Shown: piece by piece, positions 45,841-55,583 of the stretch
Numbering within the stretch: position 1 is the stretch's first letter
Layout: each line of letters begins with the position of its first letter
Assembly (NCBI GenBank): GCA_965221775.1
Contig: CBDCSU010000005.1
Location: forward strand, 1,024,001 to 1,088,000
DNA: 64,000 bases
Direction: 5' to 3'
From: Candidatus Latescibacterota bacterium
GTDB lineage: Bacteria > Latescibacterota > UBA2968 > UBA8231
Translations under genes and position numbers: made by a program
The notes under the pieces: model-generated
The model's input: only the letters and a program-made list of their open reading frames with translations
What the model was told of the DNA's origin: nothing
The model's database searches: none

Positions 45841-47196
45841 TCAGGGATCGAGGATGCGGTCCTGCTCCCGCCGCAGCGCCAGCAGAAAGCCCTCCTCCAG
45901 AGCCACATCCGCGTAGCGCACCACTTCGCCGGCGGCCACGGCTGACTTCAGCCTCGCGCCGGACGACAGGCCGAGGGGCAGGAGCCCTTCGGCCCGGGCC
46001 GCCGCCGCGGTCTCGATCACCCCGTTCACCGTGTAGCCGCCGCCGCCGTCGAGGACCTCGCCGGCGCGCAGGTCCCGCTTGGCCACGGTCACCGTGTCGG
46101 CCACCGGTCGCTCGAGAGGCGCCCCCGTGGGCCGCTGGTAGAGGGCGGCCCGGGCGATCGACAGGGGCGCCTCCACGGCCACGAGGTGATACGCCCGCCA
46201 GAGCAGGAAGTTGCGGCCGTCCCCGCCGGCGTGGCAGTGGTAGCCGGCCAGGTCCTCGCGGATGAAGGGGTGCTCGGCGCGGATGACGCAGAACACGCCG
46301 GTGCCCAGCGGGTCGGGCAGCATCGTGCGTCCGTCGGCGGCGACGCTGTTGGCCAGCTCGACGACGCCGGAGCGGCCCAGCAGGCCCCCCTCCTCGCGCA
46401 GGCTCAAACGGCGCGGGATCTCCTCCACGTTGACCGAGGGCTCGTGCATGCCGCGCACGTCGGGCGGCAGGCCGGTCATGTTGGCCAGGGCCGTCATCTC
46501 CACCTGCGCCTTGGTGCCGTCGCGGAAGGAGTTGAACATCCTCGTGTTGATCGTGCGCCGCTCCATGAGGTCGTCGTCGAAGCCGTAGCGGTCCTGCACC
46601 GAGTCGGGGGTGCCGGCCTCGTCGTCGGCGTAACGCACGGTGCCGCGGCCGGCGGCGACGATCTCGAAGCCGAGGGTGCGGGCCCACTCGACCATCTCCA
46701 TGATGCAGCCGGGCTGGTCGCCGTCGACGAGGGTGTAGACCACGCCGGCGGCGTCGGCCCGCCTCCGGAGCAGGGCGCCCACGGTGACGTCGGCCTCGAC
46801 GTTGACCATGACCACGTGGCGGCCGGCCTCGATCGCGGCCAGGGCGTGGCGGGCGCCGGCCTCGGGCACGCCGGTGGCCTCGACGACGACGTCGACCTCC
46901 GCGCAGCCCGCCGCCAGCAGCGGGTCCCCGGTCACCGCGCACCGGCCCGAGCGCACGGCGTCGGCCACGGCGCTCTCTGAATCCGCCGCGACCCCCCGCT
47001 CCTGCTGCCCGCAGGCGGCCAGCACCTGCCGGGCGCGCTCCGGGTCGACATCGGCGACGACGGCGGTCTCCATCCCCGGAGACTGGGCGAGCTGCACGAT
47101 CAGGCCGCCGCCGAACTTGCCGGCGCCGATGACGGCCGCGCGCACCGGACGCCCGCGGCGCTCGCGCTCGGCCAGCAGGTCGCTGTAGAGGCTCAC
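45841..47196 (-). CDS. NAD-dependent oxidoreductase with C-terminal SAF domain (COG4091-like)
   Basis: IGAGKFG, EATG.P, NVEADVTVG, GDQPG, DGTK, AKRDLRAGE.LDG.GG. Confidence 0.9.
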   Translation of the reverse strand: MSLYSDLLAERERRGRPVRAAVIGAGKFGGGLIVQLAQSPGMETAVVADVDPERARQVLAACGQQERGVAADSESAVADAVRSGRCAVTGDPLLAAGCAEVDVVVEATGVPEAGARHALAAIEAGRHVVMVNVEADVTVGALLRRRADAAGVVYTLVDGDQPGCIMEMVEWARTLGFEIVAAGRGTVRYADDEAGTPDSVQDRYGFDDDLMERRTINTRMFNSFRDGTKAQVEMTALANMTGLPPDVRGMHEPSVNVEEIPRRLSLREEGGLLGRSGVVELANSVAADGRTMLPDPLGTGVFCVIRAEHPFIREDLAGYHCHAGGDGRNFLLWRAYHLVAVEAPLSIARAALYQRPTGAPLERPVADTVTVAKRDLRAGEVLDGGGGYTVNGVIETAAAARAEGLLPLGLSSGARLKSAVAAGEVVRYADVALEEGFLLALRREQDRILDP

Positions 47197-48206
47197 AGGG
47201 TCACGGTCCGGCCCGTCTGTCCCGCCTCCAGAGCGGCCAGGCAGAGGGCCAGGGACTTGACCGCGTCGGCGTAGGAGGAGCGGATCCTCGAGCCGTCGCC
47301 GGCGGCCACCGCCTCGACGAAGACCTCGTCGATCCCCGGACCCGGGGCGGTGCGGGTCTCGGTGGCCATCTCCTCCCCCTCGCCCTCTTCCCTGGGGCGC
47401 CGCTGCCGGACGGCCACCCGCTCCCGCCCCCAGGTGAGCAGGCACTGGTCGTAGAGGACGTCGACGATGTTGGTCTCGCTCCAGTCGAGGTTGTCGTAGG
47501 CCCAGGTCGTGGTCAGGGTGCCGAGGGCGCCGGACTCGAACTCGAGGATCACGGCGTGGACGTCGGGGCAGTCGATGTGGGGGATCTGGCGGTTGGCGTG
47601 GCGCGCCGTCACCGCGCCGACCTCGCCCACGAGGAAGCGCATCATGTCGAGGGTGTGGGTCGCCTGCTCCACCAGCTGCCCCCCGGACTGGGCCAGGGTG
47701 GTGACCCAGCTCTTGCGGTCCGGCGCGATACGGCCCGAGCCGCTCCAGTAGCGGCCGCTGGCGAGACTGACGGCGGCGCCTTCCAGGGCTTGGCGGGCGA
47801 TGTCGGTGGAGCCGAGGTAGCGGAGCTGGTAGCCGACGCAGGTGATCAGGCCGGCGTCCTCGACGGCGGCCTCGATGCGCAGGGCCGGGTCGAGGTGGCG
47901 GGCCACCGGTTTCTCGACGAAGAACGGCAGCCCCCGGTCGATGACGGCCAGCTCCGGCTCGCCGTGGGCGAAGACGGGGAGGCTGAGGTAGACGGCGTCG
48001 AGATCGTCGCGCTCGAGCATGCGGCGGAAGTCGGTGAAGGCCTCGGCGCCGGTGAGTTCGGCCGCCTCCCGGGCCCGGGCCTCGTCGATGTCGCAGACCG
48101 CCGCCAGGCGAGCCCGCTCCATGCCGGCCAAGCGGTTCATGTGCCCCCGGGCGTTGCCGCCACAGCCGATGAACCCGATGTCGACGGTCTTCTCTGCCTC
48201 TGCCAC
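47193..48206 (-). CDS. Gfo/Idh/MocA family oxidoreductase
   Basis: IGFIGCGGNA, EKPVA, SGGQLVEQATH. Confidence 0.92.
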   Translation of the reverse strand: MAEAEKTVDIGFIGCGGNARGHMNRLAGMERARLAAVCDIDEARAREAAELTGAEAFTDFRRMLERDDLDAVYLSLPVFAHGEPELAVIDRGLPFFVEKPVARHLDPALRIEAAVEDAGLITCVGYQLRYLGSTDIARQALEGAAVSLASGRYWSGSGRIAPDRKSWVTTLAQSGGQLVEQATHTLDMMRFLVGEVGAVTARHANRQIPHIDCPDVHAVILEFESGALGTLTTTWAYDNLDWSETNIVDVLYDQCLLTWGRERVAVRQRRPREEGEGEEMATETRTAPGPGIDEVFVEAVAAGDGSRIRSSYADAVKSLALCLAALEAGQTGRTVTL

Positions 48207-48289
48207 GAGCGTCCCCTCCCTTTGCGGTCCGCGTCTGGCGTGAGCATAGCGGATGCCCGGAGCCGGAGAAAGGCGGACCCGGTTTTCTC

Positions 48290-48319
48290 TTGCCCGTCGA
48301 GCGAGGCCCTGGGTATACT
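48290..48319 (+). promoter_or_regulatory. Putative sigma70 promoter of the helicase gene
   Basis: TTGCCC-N18-TATACT in an AT-richer intergenic stretch. Confidence 0.5.
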
Positions 48320-48336
48320 TATGAACCAGTGCTTGT

Positions 48337-51300
48337 TTGAGCCTCATTCCATCCCCAGCCCCGGTCGATTCCCCCTTGATCCGCAGAGTGTCACCCGACG
48401 AAGGCCAGCCCGGGTCCCCGGCCGGTGCGGACCTCGCCGCCTACCTGCGCTACCTCGAAGAGACCGCCCTCTCCGACAGCATCGTCCACCGGGAGACCCT
48501 GCCGCCGCGGCCGGCGCGTCACTCCCGCGGCCTCTCCCACCTCGGCGAGGGTGTCGGCCGGGTCCTCGCCGCCGCTGGCATCGACCGGCTCTGGAGCCAC
48601 CAGGAGGAGGGCATCGGCCACCTGCAGGCAGGGCGCGACGTCGTGGTGGCCACGCCCACGGCCTCGGGCAAGACCCTGGTCTACAACGCCGCCGTCCTCG
48701 CCGATCTCCTGCGCCACCCCTCGGGCTTCGCCCTCTACGTCTTCCCACTCAAGGCCCTGGAGCAGGACCAGCTCGACGAGCTGCGGGGCCTGCTGACGGC
48801 GATGGCCTGCGGCCTCACCGCCGAGATCTACGACGGCGACACCAAACGCCACGTGCGCGACCGCATCCGCCGCCAGCCGCCGAACATCCTGATCACCACG
48901 CCGGACATGCTGCACTCCGGGTTCCTGGCTTTCCACGAGGCCTGGGAGGAGGTGTGGCGCAACCTGCGCTGGGTGGTGGTCGACGAGCTGCACACCTACA
49001 ACGGCATCTTCGGCTCCCACGTCCTGCACCTCTTCCGGCGCCTGAGCCGGCTGTGCGCCGCCAGCGGCTCCGAGCCGCGCTACGTCACTTGCTCGGCCAC
49101 CATCGGCAACCCCCGGCCGCTGGCCGAAGGGCTCTTCGGCCGGCCCTTCACCGCCGTGACCCGCTCCGGGGCGCCGGAGGCGGCGCGCCACTTCCTGATC
49201 GCCGATCCCGTGGAGAGTCCCAACACCGCCGCCGCCCGCCTGCTGAGGTCCGCCGTCCTGCGGCGGCTGCGGTCGATCGTCTTCACCCGCGCCCGCGTGA
49301 CCACGGAGCTGATCTACCGGTGGGCCACCGACCACCGTCCGGAGCTGCGCGAACGGATCAGCTCCTACCGGGCCGGATACCTGCCCGAGGAGCGCCGGCA
49401 GATCGAGTCGCGGCTGCTCTCCGGAGACCTGCTCGGCGTGGTCAGCACCTCGGCCCTGGAGCTCGGCATCGACATCGGCGGGCTGGACCTCTGCGTCCTC
49501 GTGGGCTACCCCGGGTCGATCGTCGGCACCTGGCAGCGCGCCGGACGCGTCGGCCGCCAGGGCCGCGAGTCCGTCGTCGTCCTGCTCGCCGGCCGCGACG
49601 CCCTCGACCAGTACTTCGCCCGGCACCCGGAGCAGCTCTTCGGCCGCCAGATCGAGGACGCCGTGGCCGACCCCTCCAACCGCTACGTCCTCGAGCAGCA
49701 CCTGCCCTGCGCCGCCCGCGAGCGGCCCCTGACCCGCGACGAGCCGGGATACGCCGAGCTGGCCGGATACGCGCCGGCCCTGGAGCGGTTGACCGAAGGC
49801 GGGGAGCTGCTGCAGAGCGCCGACGGCGACACCTGGTTCGCCTCGCGCAAGCGGCCCCACCGGCGGGTGAGCATGCGTTCCATCGGCGAGAGCTGGTCGA
49901 TCGTCGCCGGCGGGTCGGAGCGGCGTCGACATGAGGCTTCTGCCGGCAACGGGGCGGCCGGCGGGGCGGAGTCAGCGCCCGCCGGGCGAGGGCGCGCCAT
50001 CGGCACGGTCTCCGGCGGCCAGCTCCACGCCGAGTGCCACGAGGGCGCCGTCTACCTGCACCGGGGCCGACAGTATCTCATCGGCGGGCGCCACCCGGCG
50101 AAGCGGCAGATCGAGGCCCGTGTCGTCGACGTCCCCTACCACACCCGGCCCAAGAGGGAGAAGGAGACGGAGATCCTCGAGGAGCTGGCCTGCCGGCCGA
50201 TGCACGGCTACCAGGCCAAGCTCGGGCGCCTGCTCGTGCGCTCCCAGGTGACGGCCTTCGAGAAGGTCCGCGCCGGCGACCAGACGGTGATCTCCCGCCA
50301 CCCTCTTGAGTGCCCGGTGGAGACCTTCGAGACCGTCGGCTTCTGGCTCGAGATGGACGCGCCCTTCAAGAAGCAGCTCAAGCGCCGGGGGCATCACTAC
50401 ATGGGATCGCTCCACGCCGCCGAGCACGCCGCCAAGTCGATCTTCCCGCTGCTGGCCCTGAGCAAGAGCACCGACGTGGGCGGCATCTGCTATCCCATGC
50501 ACCCGCAGCTGCGCAAGGGGGCGATCTTCGTCTACGACCACTACCCCGGGGGGATCGGCCTGGCCGAGAAGGGCTTCGACATGCTCGACCGCCTTCTCGA
50601 GCTGACCCTCGGCCTGGTGGAGGCCTGCGACTGCGAGGAGGGCTGTCCCTCGTGCATCCACTTCCCCACCTGCGGCGCCGGCAACCACCCCCTCGACAAG
50701 GCCGGCTGCGTGCACCTGCTGGAGCTGCTCTCCGGCCGCGCCAGCCTCGACGAGGAGTCCCTGGAGGTCGACGGCCTCGAGGCCGAGCCGCCCCTCTTCG
50801 CCGACTGGGAGTCGGACGGCGGCGAGGACGGCCCCGGGGCGACGGAGCCGGAGGAGCGGCACATCGTCGTCTTCGACCTGGAGACCCAGCTCAGCGCCGC
50901 CGAGGTCGGCGGCTGGAACCGCACCTACCTGATGAGGGTGAGCTGCGGCATCCTCTGGGACAGCCGCGGCGACGAGTTCGTCACCTACTTCGAGGACGGC
51001 GTGCCCCGGCTCATCGAGCACCTGCGGTCGGCCGATCTCGTGGTCGGCTTCAACTGCATCGGCTTCGACTACTCGGTCCTGCGCGGCTACACCCGCTTCG
51101 ACTTCCGCGACCTCGACACCCTCGACATGCTGCGCGAGATCCGCGGTCAGCTGAACTTCCGCGTCAGCCTCAACAGCCTCGCCCAGGCCACCCTGGAGGA
51201 GGAGAAGTCCGCCGACGGCCTGCAGGCCCTGCGCTGGTGGAAGCAGGGGCGTCTCGACCTGATCGAGGAGTACTGCCGCAACGACGTGCGCATCACCCGC

Positions 51301-51411
51301 GACATCTGGCGCTTCGGCCGCGACCACGGCTACCTGCTCTTCGACCGCCGCGGCGAGGGGCGGATGCGGGTGCCCGTGGACTTCCGGGAGAAGGTGACGG
51401 CGTTGGACTGA
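48337..51411 (+). CDS. Hrq1/MrfA-like SF2 helicase with DUF1998 fused to a C-terminal RNase_H_2 exonuclease
   Basis: TPTASGKT, DELH, SAT, QRAGRVGR, CDCEEGCPSC...C; C-terminal VFDLET...GFN..FD...YC.ND. Confidence 0.92.
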   Translation: MSLIPSPAPVDSPLIRRVSPDEGQPGSPAGADLAAYLRYLEETALSDSIVHRETLPPRPARHSRGLSHLGEGVGRVLAAAGIDRLWSHQEEGIGHLQAGRDVVVATPTASGKTLVYNAAVLADLLRHPSGFALYVFPLKALEQDQLDELRGLLTAMACGLTAEIYDGDTKRHVRDRIRRQPPNILITTPDMLHSGFLAFHEAWEEVWRNLRWVVVDELHTYNGIFGSHVLHLFRRLSRLCAASGSEPRYVTCSATIGNPRPLAEGLFGRPFTAVTRSGAPEAARHFLIADPVESPNTAAARLLRSAVLRRLRSIVFTRARVTTELIYRWATDHRPELRERISSYRAGYLPEERRQIESRLLSGDLLGVVSTSALELGIDIGGLDLCVLVGYPGSIVGTWQRAGRVGRQGRESVVVLLAGRDALDQYFARHPEQLFGRQIEDAVADPSNRYVLEQHLPCAARERPLTRDEPGYAELAGYAPALERLTEGGELLQSADGDTWFASRKRPHRRVSMRSIGESWSIVAGGSERRRHEASAGNGAAGGAESAPAGRGRAIGTVSGGQLHAECHEGAVYLHRGRQYLIGGRHPAKRQIEARVVDVPYHTRPKREKETEILEELACRPMHGYQAKLGRLLVRSQVTAFEKVRAGDQTVISRHPLECPVETFETVGFWLEMDAPFKKQLKRRGHHYMGSLHAAEHAAKSIFPLLALSKSTDVGGICYPMHPQLRKGAIFVYDHYPGGIGLAEKGFDMLDRLLELTLGLVEACDCEEGCPSCIHFPTCGAGNHPLDKAGCVHLLELLSGRASLDEESLEVDGLEAEPPLFADWESDGGEDGPGATEPEERHIVVFDLETQLSAAEVGGWNRTYLMRVSCGILWDSRGDEFVTYFEDGVPRLIEHLRSADLVVGFNCIGFDYSVLRGYTRFDFRDLDTLDMLREIRGQLNFRVSLNSLAQATLEEEKSADGLQALRWWKQGRLDLIEEYCRNDVRITRDIWRFGRDHGYLLFDRRGEGRMRVPVDFREKVTALD

Positions 51412-51432
51412 GGCGGGCCGAGCCGGCCGGGG

Positions 51433-51807
51433 TCAGAGCTGGGCCAGGGCGGCGATCAGCGCCGTCTGGGCGCCGAAGAGGGTGACCATGATCCCGATGG
51501 TCCAGTAGAACCGGGTGTCCATGGTCCGGCGCAGCTCGTCGAGGCGGCGATCGACCTGGGCGAACCGCGCGTCTACCTGGGCGAAGCGTGCGTCCACCTG
51601 CGCCCGAAGCTCACCCAGTTCCGTGCGCAGGCCCTGGATGTCCCCGCGGACCTCCGTGCGCAGCTCACGGAGGTCGTGCCGGTGCTGCTCGCGATGGTCC
51701 CGGACCTCCAGCCGGAGATCCTTGATGTCCTCGCTGATATGGATGGCCCAGTGCATCTCTTCGGCCGGGGGTTCCTGCGGCGGTCCACCGCTCTCGGGCT
51801 GCGCCAT
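51433..51807 (-). CDS. Small coiled-coil membrane-anchored protein (DUF1640/CCDC90-like)
   Basis: Heptad repeats including AQVDARF x2-3, then RFYWTIGIMVTL TM anchor. Confidence 0.72.
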   Translation of the reverse strand: MAQPESGGPPQEPPAEEMHWAIHISEDIKDLRLEVRDHREQHRHDLRELRTEVRGDIQGLRTELGELRAQVDARFAQVDARFAQVDRRLDELRRTMDTRFYWTIGIMVTLFGAQTALIAALAQL

Positions 51808-52184
51808 GGCGTGATTCCGTGAAATGTAGGGGGCGGGCTGCACGCTTCACAGTGCAAAGGGGATGCCAGACCCGCCCTCTCCGGGACCCGCGGATTCGGC
51901 CCGCATCCGTGCTGCGGGGGCCTCGTCCGTGTGAGCCTCGGCACACGGGGGCGTGTGGGGCGCCGAGGATGCGCGGCGGTCGAGCCACGACGAGGGCGAA
52001 GGGTGTCGAGCTCGCAAGTGTCGCCCCCGGTGGGGATCGTGCGGCAGCACATCTGCCGGCCGGCCGCGATCGGCAGGGTCCCCGGGAGATCGATCCCGGT
52101 TGACCAGGGGCGACGGCGGCGGCAGATTCCGCGCGCCCCATCCCTTCGCCAGGACGGGGTGTCGCCGCCGCCCGGAGATGATCG

Positions 52185-53114
52185 ATGGCCATCGCCATGA
52201 CCCCCGCCCAGCAGCGGGACTTCGAGGAGAAGGGGTTCGTCGTCCTCGATGACTTCCTCGACGAGCCGGAGGTCGACCGCCTCCTCGCCGCCGTCGACGA
52301 GGTCGCCGCCCGGGTCAGGGACTCCTCGGGACTCGGCCCCGAAGAGCCCTTCGCCGTGCGCAACGCCCTCGCCCACCATGAGGCCTTCCTCGACCTCGTC
52401 GATCACCCCAAGGCCCTGCCTCTCGTCGTCGACGCCATCGGCTGGAACATCCAGATCCGCACCTCCCACCTCGACTACCGCCCTCCCTATCCCGAGGGGA
52501 TGCGCGCCGGCGCCGTCGGCCTCGGCGACGGGGAGGACCAGGAAGCCTATCGCAACGTCAACTGGCACCCCGACCTGGCCGGCAACTACCTCTTCGAGGC
52601 CCCCTCCCTCGACGGGCGGCTGCCCTTCATGGAGATCAAGATCTTCTACGCCCTCTCCGACCTCAGCGAGCCGAACCGCGGCAACCTGTGGATGATGCCG
52701 GGCAGCCACCTGCGTCCGGTGCGGGAGCTGAGGGAGGGCGGCGGGGTCGACATGGAGGGCGCCGTCGAGCTGAGAACCCCGCCCGGCACGGCGGTGCTTT
52801 GGCGCACGGCCACCTGGCACTGCGTGGGTCCCAACCTGTCGGACCGGACCCGCAAGATCATGCACGTGGGCTACCACTACCGCTGGCTGCGCCCCACCGA
52901 CTACGTGGAGCAGGACCACGCCCTGATCGCGCGCTCCTCCCCGACCCGCCGCCAGCTGCTGGGGGCCCTGAGTCCCGGGTCGCACCCGCTCGGGGAGGAA
53001 CCGGAGTTCCACCCCGCCTCCCAGTACTGGATCACCCGCAACTGGGACGACGTCCCCCTCAAGGCCTGGGCGGAAGCGCAGGCCGGAGCGGCGGCGGCGA
53101 CGGACCCGATGTAG
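52185..53114 (+). CDS. Phytanoyl-CoA dioxygenase (PhyH) family protein
   Basis: FEEKGFVVL, WHPD, MPGSH, WRTATWH..GPN. Confidence 0.9.
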   Translation: MAIAMTPAQQRDFEEKGFVVLDDFLDEPEVDRLLAAVDEVAARVRDSSGLGPEEPFAVRNALAHHEAFLDLVDHPKALPLVVDAIGWNIQIRTSHLDYRPPYPEGMRAGAVGLGDGEDQEAYRNVNWHPDLAGNYLFEAPSLDGRLPFMEIKIFYALSDLSEPNRGNLWMMPGSHLRPVRELREGGGVDMEGAVELRTPPGTAVLWRTATWHCVGPNLSDRTRKIMHVGYHYRWLRPTDYVEQDHALIARSSPTRRQLLGALSPGSHPLGEEPEFHPASQYWITRNWDDVPLKAWAEAQAGAAAATDPM

Positions 53115-53132
53115 CGTCGTCCCAAGGCAACC

Positions 53133-54311
53133 GTGGCTGCCACCGACTTCTCCATCTCCGGGCTGACCGCCTTCCACGTCGCTTTCAGCGACGAGCCGTC
53201 GTACTGGGAGGACTACAGGCGCGGCGTGGCCGCCGCCGCCGGCGCCCGCTTCGAGTTTCGCGACGGCTGGCGCACCGTCTACCCGCGCCTCGTGGAGAGC
53301 GTGATCGTGCGCGTCCAGCTCGCCGACGGATCCACGGGCTGGGGGGAGGCGAACTGCCCCATCGGCCCCGAGGTGGCGGCCCTAGTGGCCGAGAGCCTGG
53401 TCCTGCCCATGGCCACCGGCCGGGAGTTCGGCCACCCGGCGGAACTCTGGGAGTTCCTCTACGACGCCCAGCGGGGGCGCGGCTACGCCGCCGGGTACTG
53501 GCTCGATGCCATGGCCGCCGTCGACATCGCCCTGTACGACGCCATCGGCCGCCGGGAGGGCGTGCCCGCCGCCGCCCTCTTGTGCCAGGAGCCCCGGGCG
53601 CAGATCCCCGTGTACCTCTCCGGCCTGCGCCGGGCCTCGCCTGACGACCGCCTGGAGCACCTGCGCGCCTGGCTCGACACCGGCCTGCGCGGGGTCAAGC
53701 TGTTCTTCGACGGGGACCTCGACGCCGGTACGGCGGAAGTGGAGTTCCTGCAGTCCGGGGCGGCTATCGAGCAGTGGATGGTGGACACCCTGTGGATGGT
53801 GGCTCCCGAGCGCGCCGCCGAGGCCCGCAAGCGCTACGGCGACCTCGGCTGCCGCTGGCTAGAGTGCCCCCTGGAGCCGGAGGATCTCGACGGCCACCGC
53901 GAGCTGCTCCGCCACCCGGGGGCGCCGATCGCCCTGGGCGAGCACTTCCGCACCCACTGGCAGACGCAGGCCTGGTTCGACCCGCCGGCCCTGGAGGTCT
54001 TCCAGCCGGACGTGGGCCGCACCGGCCTCAGCGACGGCCTGCGCCAGCGCGACCAGGCGGCCGCCGCCGGGGTGCCGACGACGCCGCACATGGGCAACGG
54101 CCTCGGCCCCTTCCAGGCCGCCACCCTGCACTTCGCCGCCGCCTGCAGCGACGCCTGCCTGCAGGAGTTCCAGGCCGGCCTGGCGGAGCGCGCCGCCCTC
54201 GTGGGCACCACCGCCTGGGAGTACGCCGACGGCGGGTTCCGGCTCCCCGACGCGCCGGGTCTCGGCGTCGAGATGGACGAGGCCGCCCTGGCCCGCTACG
54301 CCGGCGCCTGA
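53133..54311 (+). CDS. Mandelate racemase/muconate lactonizing (enolase superfamily) enzyme
   Basis: GWGE, VDIALYD, MVD, LECPL, ALGEH, QPDVG, PGLGVE. Confidence 0.9.
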   Translation: MAATDFSISGLTAFHVAFSDEPSYWEDYRRGVAAAAGARFEFRDGWRTVYPRLVESVIVRVQLADGSTGWGEANCPIGPEVAALVAESLVLPMATGREFGHPAELWEFLYDAQRGRGYAAGYWLDAMAAVDIALYDAIGRREGVPAAALLCQEPRAQIPVYLSGLRRASPDDRLEHLRAWLDTGLRGVKLFFDGDLDAGTAEVEFLQSGAAIEQWMVDTLWMVAPERAAEARKRYGDLGCRWLECPLEPEDLDGHRELLRHPGAPIALGEHFRTHWQTQAWFDPPALEVFQPDVGRTGLSDGLRQRDQAAAAGVPTTPHMGNGLGPFQAATLHFAAACSDACLQEFQAGLAERAALVGTTAWEYADGGFRLPDAPGLGVEMDEAALARYAGA

Positions 54312-54353
54312 CCCCTGCCGGAGCCGCTCCCGCCGGGGGGACCGCGAATTGGT

Positions 54354-54386
54354 GAGGCGGCCCTGCTCCCGCTACGCCGGCCGCTG
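54354..54386 (+). repeat. Degenerate copy of the 3' end of the upstream enolase-superfamily gene
   Basis: GAGGCGGCCCTGCTCCCGCTACGCCGGC against GAGGCCGCCCTGGCCCGCTACGCCGGC at 54279; 14-nt exact core. Confidence 0.6.
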
Positions 54387-54623
54387 CGCAACCCTTCGCT
54401 GGCCCCGCAGCCCCGGATCGGCCATGAGGGCGGGCCTGAAGCGCAGGGGTCGCCAGCACCTCGCGCGCGTGCGCCGGCCGGGTAAGCGATCTTCGTTGCG
54501 ATTCTCGCGGGGGGCAGCTACAGCCTGCGCCCGGGGCGGGTGCTGCTCGAGTCCCGGCCCCCGCGGCCCAGCCCGGAGTCCGCCACTTGGGGAGGCGTCC
54601 TCTCCGCCGCTATCTTGCCGCCC

Positions 54624-55583
54624 ATGCCAGACCTCGACCGCGCCCTCCTCCTCGACCTCTACCGCACCCTCTGCACGATCCGCCGCTTCGAGGAGTCCTG
54701 CATCCACCTCTACCGCCAGGGCGGGATCCGCGGCTACCTGCACCCCTACCTCGGCGAGGAGGCGATCGCCGCAGGCGTCTGCGCCGCCCTCGGCCCCGAC
54801 GACTACATCGTCTCCACCCACCGGGGCCACGGCCACTGCCTGGCCCGCGGCGGCCGCCTCGACCGCATGTTCGCCGAGATCACCGGCAAGGCCACGGGCT
54901 ACTGCGGCGGCCTCGGCGGATCGATGCACATCGCCGACGTGGAGGCGGGGAACCTGGGGGCCAACGGCATCGTCGGCGCCGGCATCCCCATCGGGGTGGG
55001 CGCCGCCCTCGGGGCCACCATCCGCGGCGAGAGCCGCCTGTGCGTCGTGTTCTCCTCCGACGGCGCCGCCTGCCACGGGACCTTCGGCGAGGCCCTGAAC
55101 CTGGCGGCGATCTGGGACCTGCCGCTGCTGCTGGTCATCGAGAACAACCAGTTCGCCGTCTCCACCACCGTCGACAAGTCGAGCCGCCTCAGCGAGCTGC
55201 ACAAGCGCGGCCTCGGCTACGGCGTCGAGGGCACCCGCGTCGACGGCAACGACGTGGCCGCCGTGTACGAGCGCGCCGCCGAGGCCCGGGAACGCTGCCT
55301 CGCCGGCGACGGGCCGCTCCTGCTCGAGGCGATGACCTACCGCCACGCGGGGCACCACGTGAACGACCCCGGCGACTACATGCCCCGGGACCAGGTGGAG
55401 CACTACAAGTCCCGGGACCCCCTGATCCTCTGCCGGCGGCACCTGGCCGAAGCCGGAGCGCCGGAGAGCGAGGTGGACGCCGTCGACGCCGAGGTCGAAG
55501 CCGCCATCGAGGCGGCCCTCGAGTTCGCCCGCACCAGCCCCGAGCCGGACGTGGACGCCTTCGTCCACCAGCTGCCGCCGTGA
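54624..55583 (+). CDS. 2-oxoacid/acetoin dehydrogenase E1 alpha subunit
   Basis: G.LH...GEEA, HRGHGH, GGSMH, GANGIVG, SDGA...ENNQ TPP motif. Confidence 0.93.
   Translation: MPDLDRALLLDLYRTLCTIRRFEESCIHLYRQGGIRGYLHPYLGEEAIAAGVCAALGPDDYIVSTHRGHGHCLARGGRLDRMFAEITGKATGYCGGLGGSMHIADVEAGNLGANGIVGAGIPIGVGAALGATIRGESRLCVVFSSDGAACHGTFGEALNLAAIWDLPLLLVIENNQFAVSTTVDKSSRLSELHKRGLGYGVEGTRVDGNDVAAVYERAAEARERCLAGDGPLLLEAMTYRHAGHHVNDPGDYMPRDQVEHYKSRDPLILCRRHLAEAGAPESEVDAVDAEVEAAIEAALEFARTSPEPDVDAFVHQLPP

Noticed and set aside
48321-48340. Possible LexA box upstream of the helicase (TGAACCAGTGCTTGTTTG)
   Set aside because: Does not match a LexA consensus I can state with confidence.
48337-51411. DUF1998 helicase as part of DISARM or Druantia
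   Set aside because: No partner defence genes are adjacent; the flanks are metabolic.
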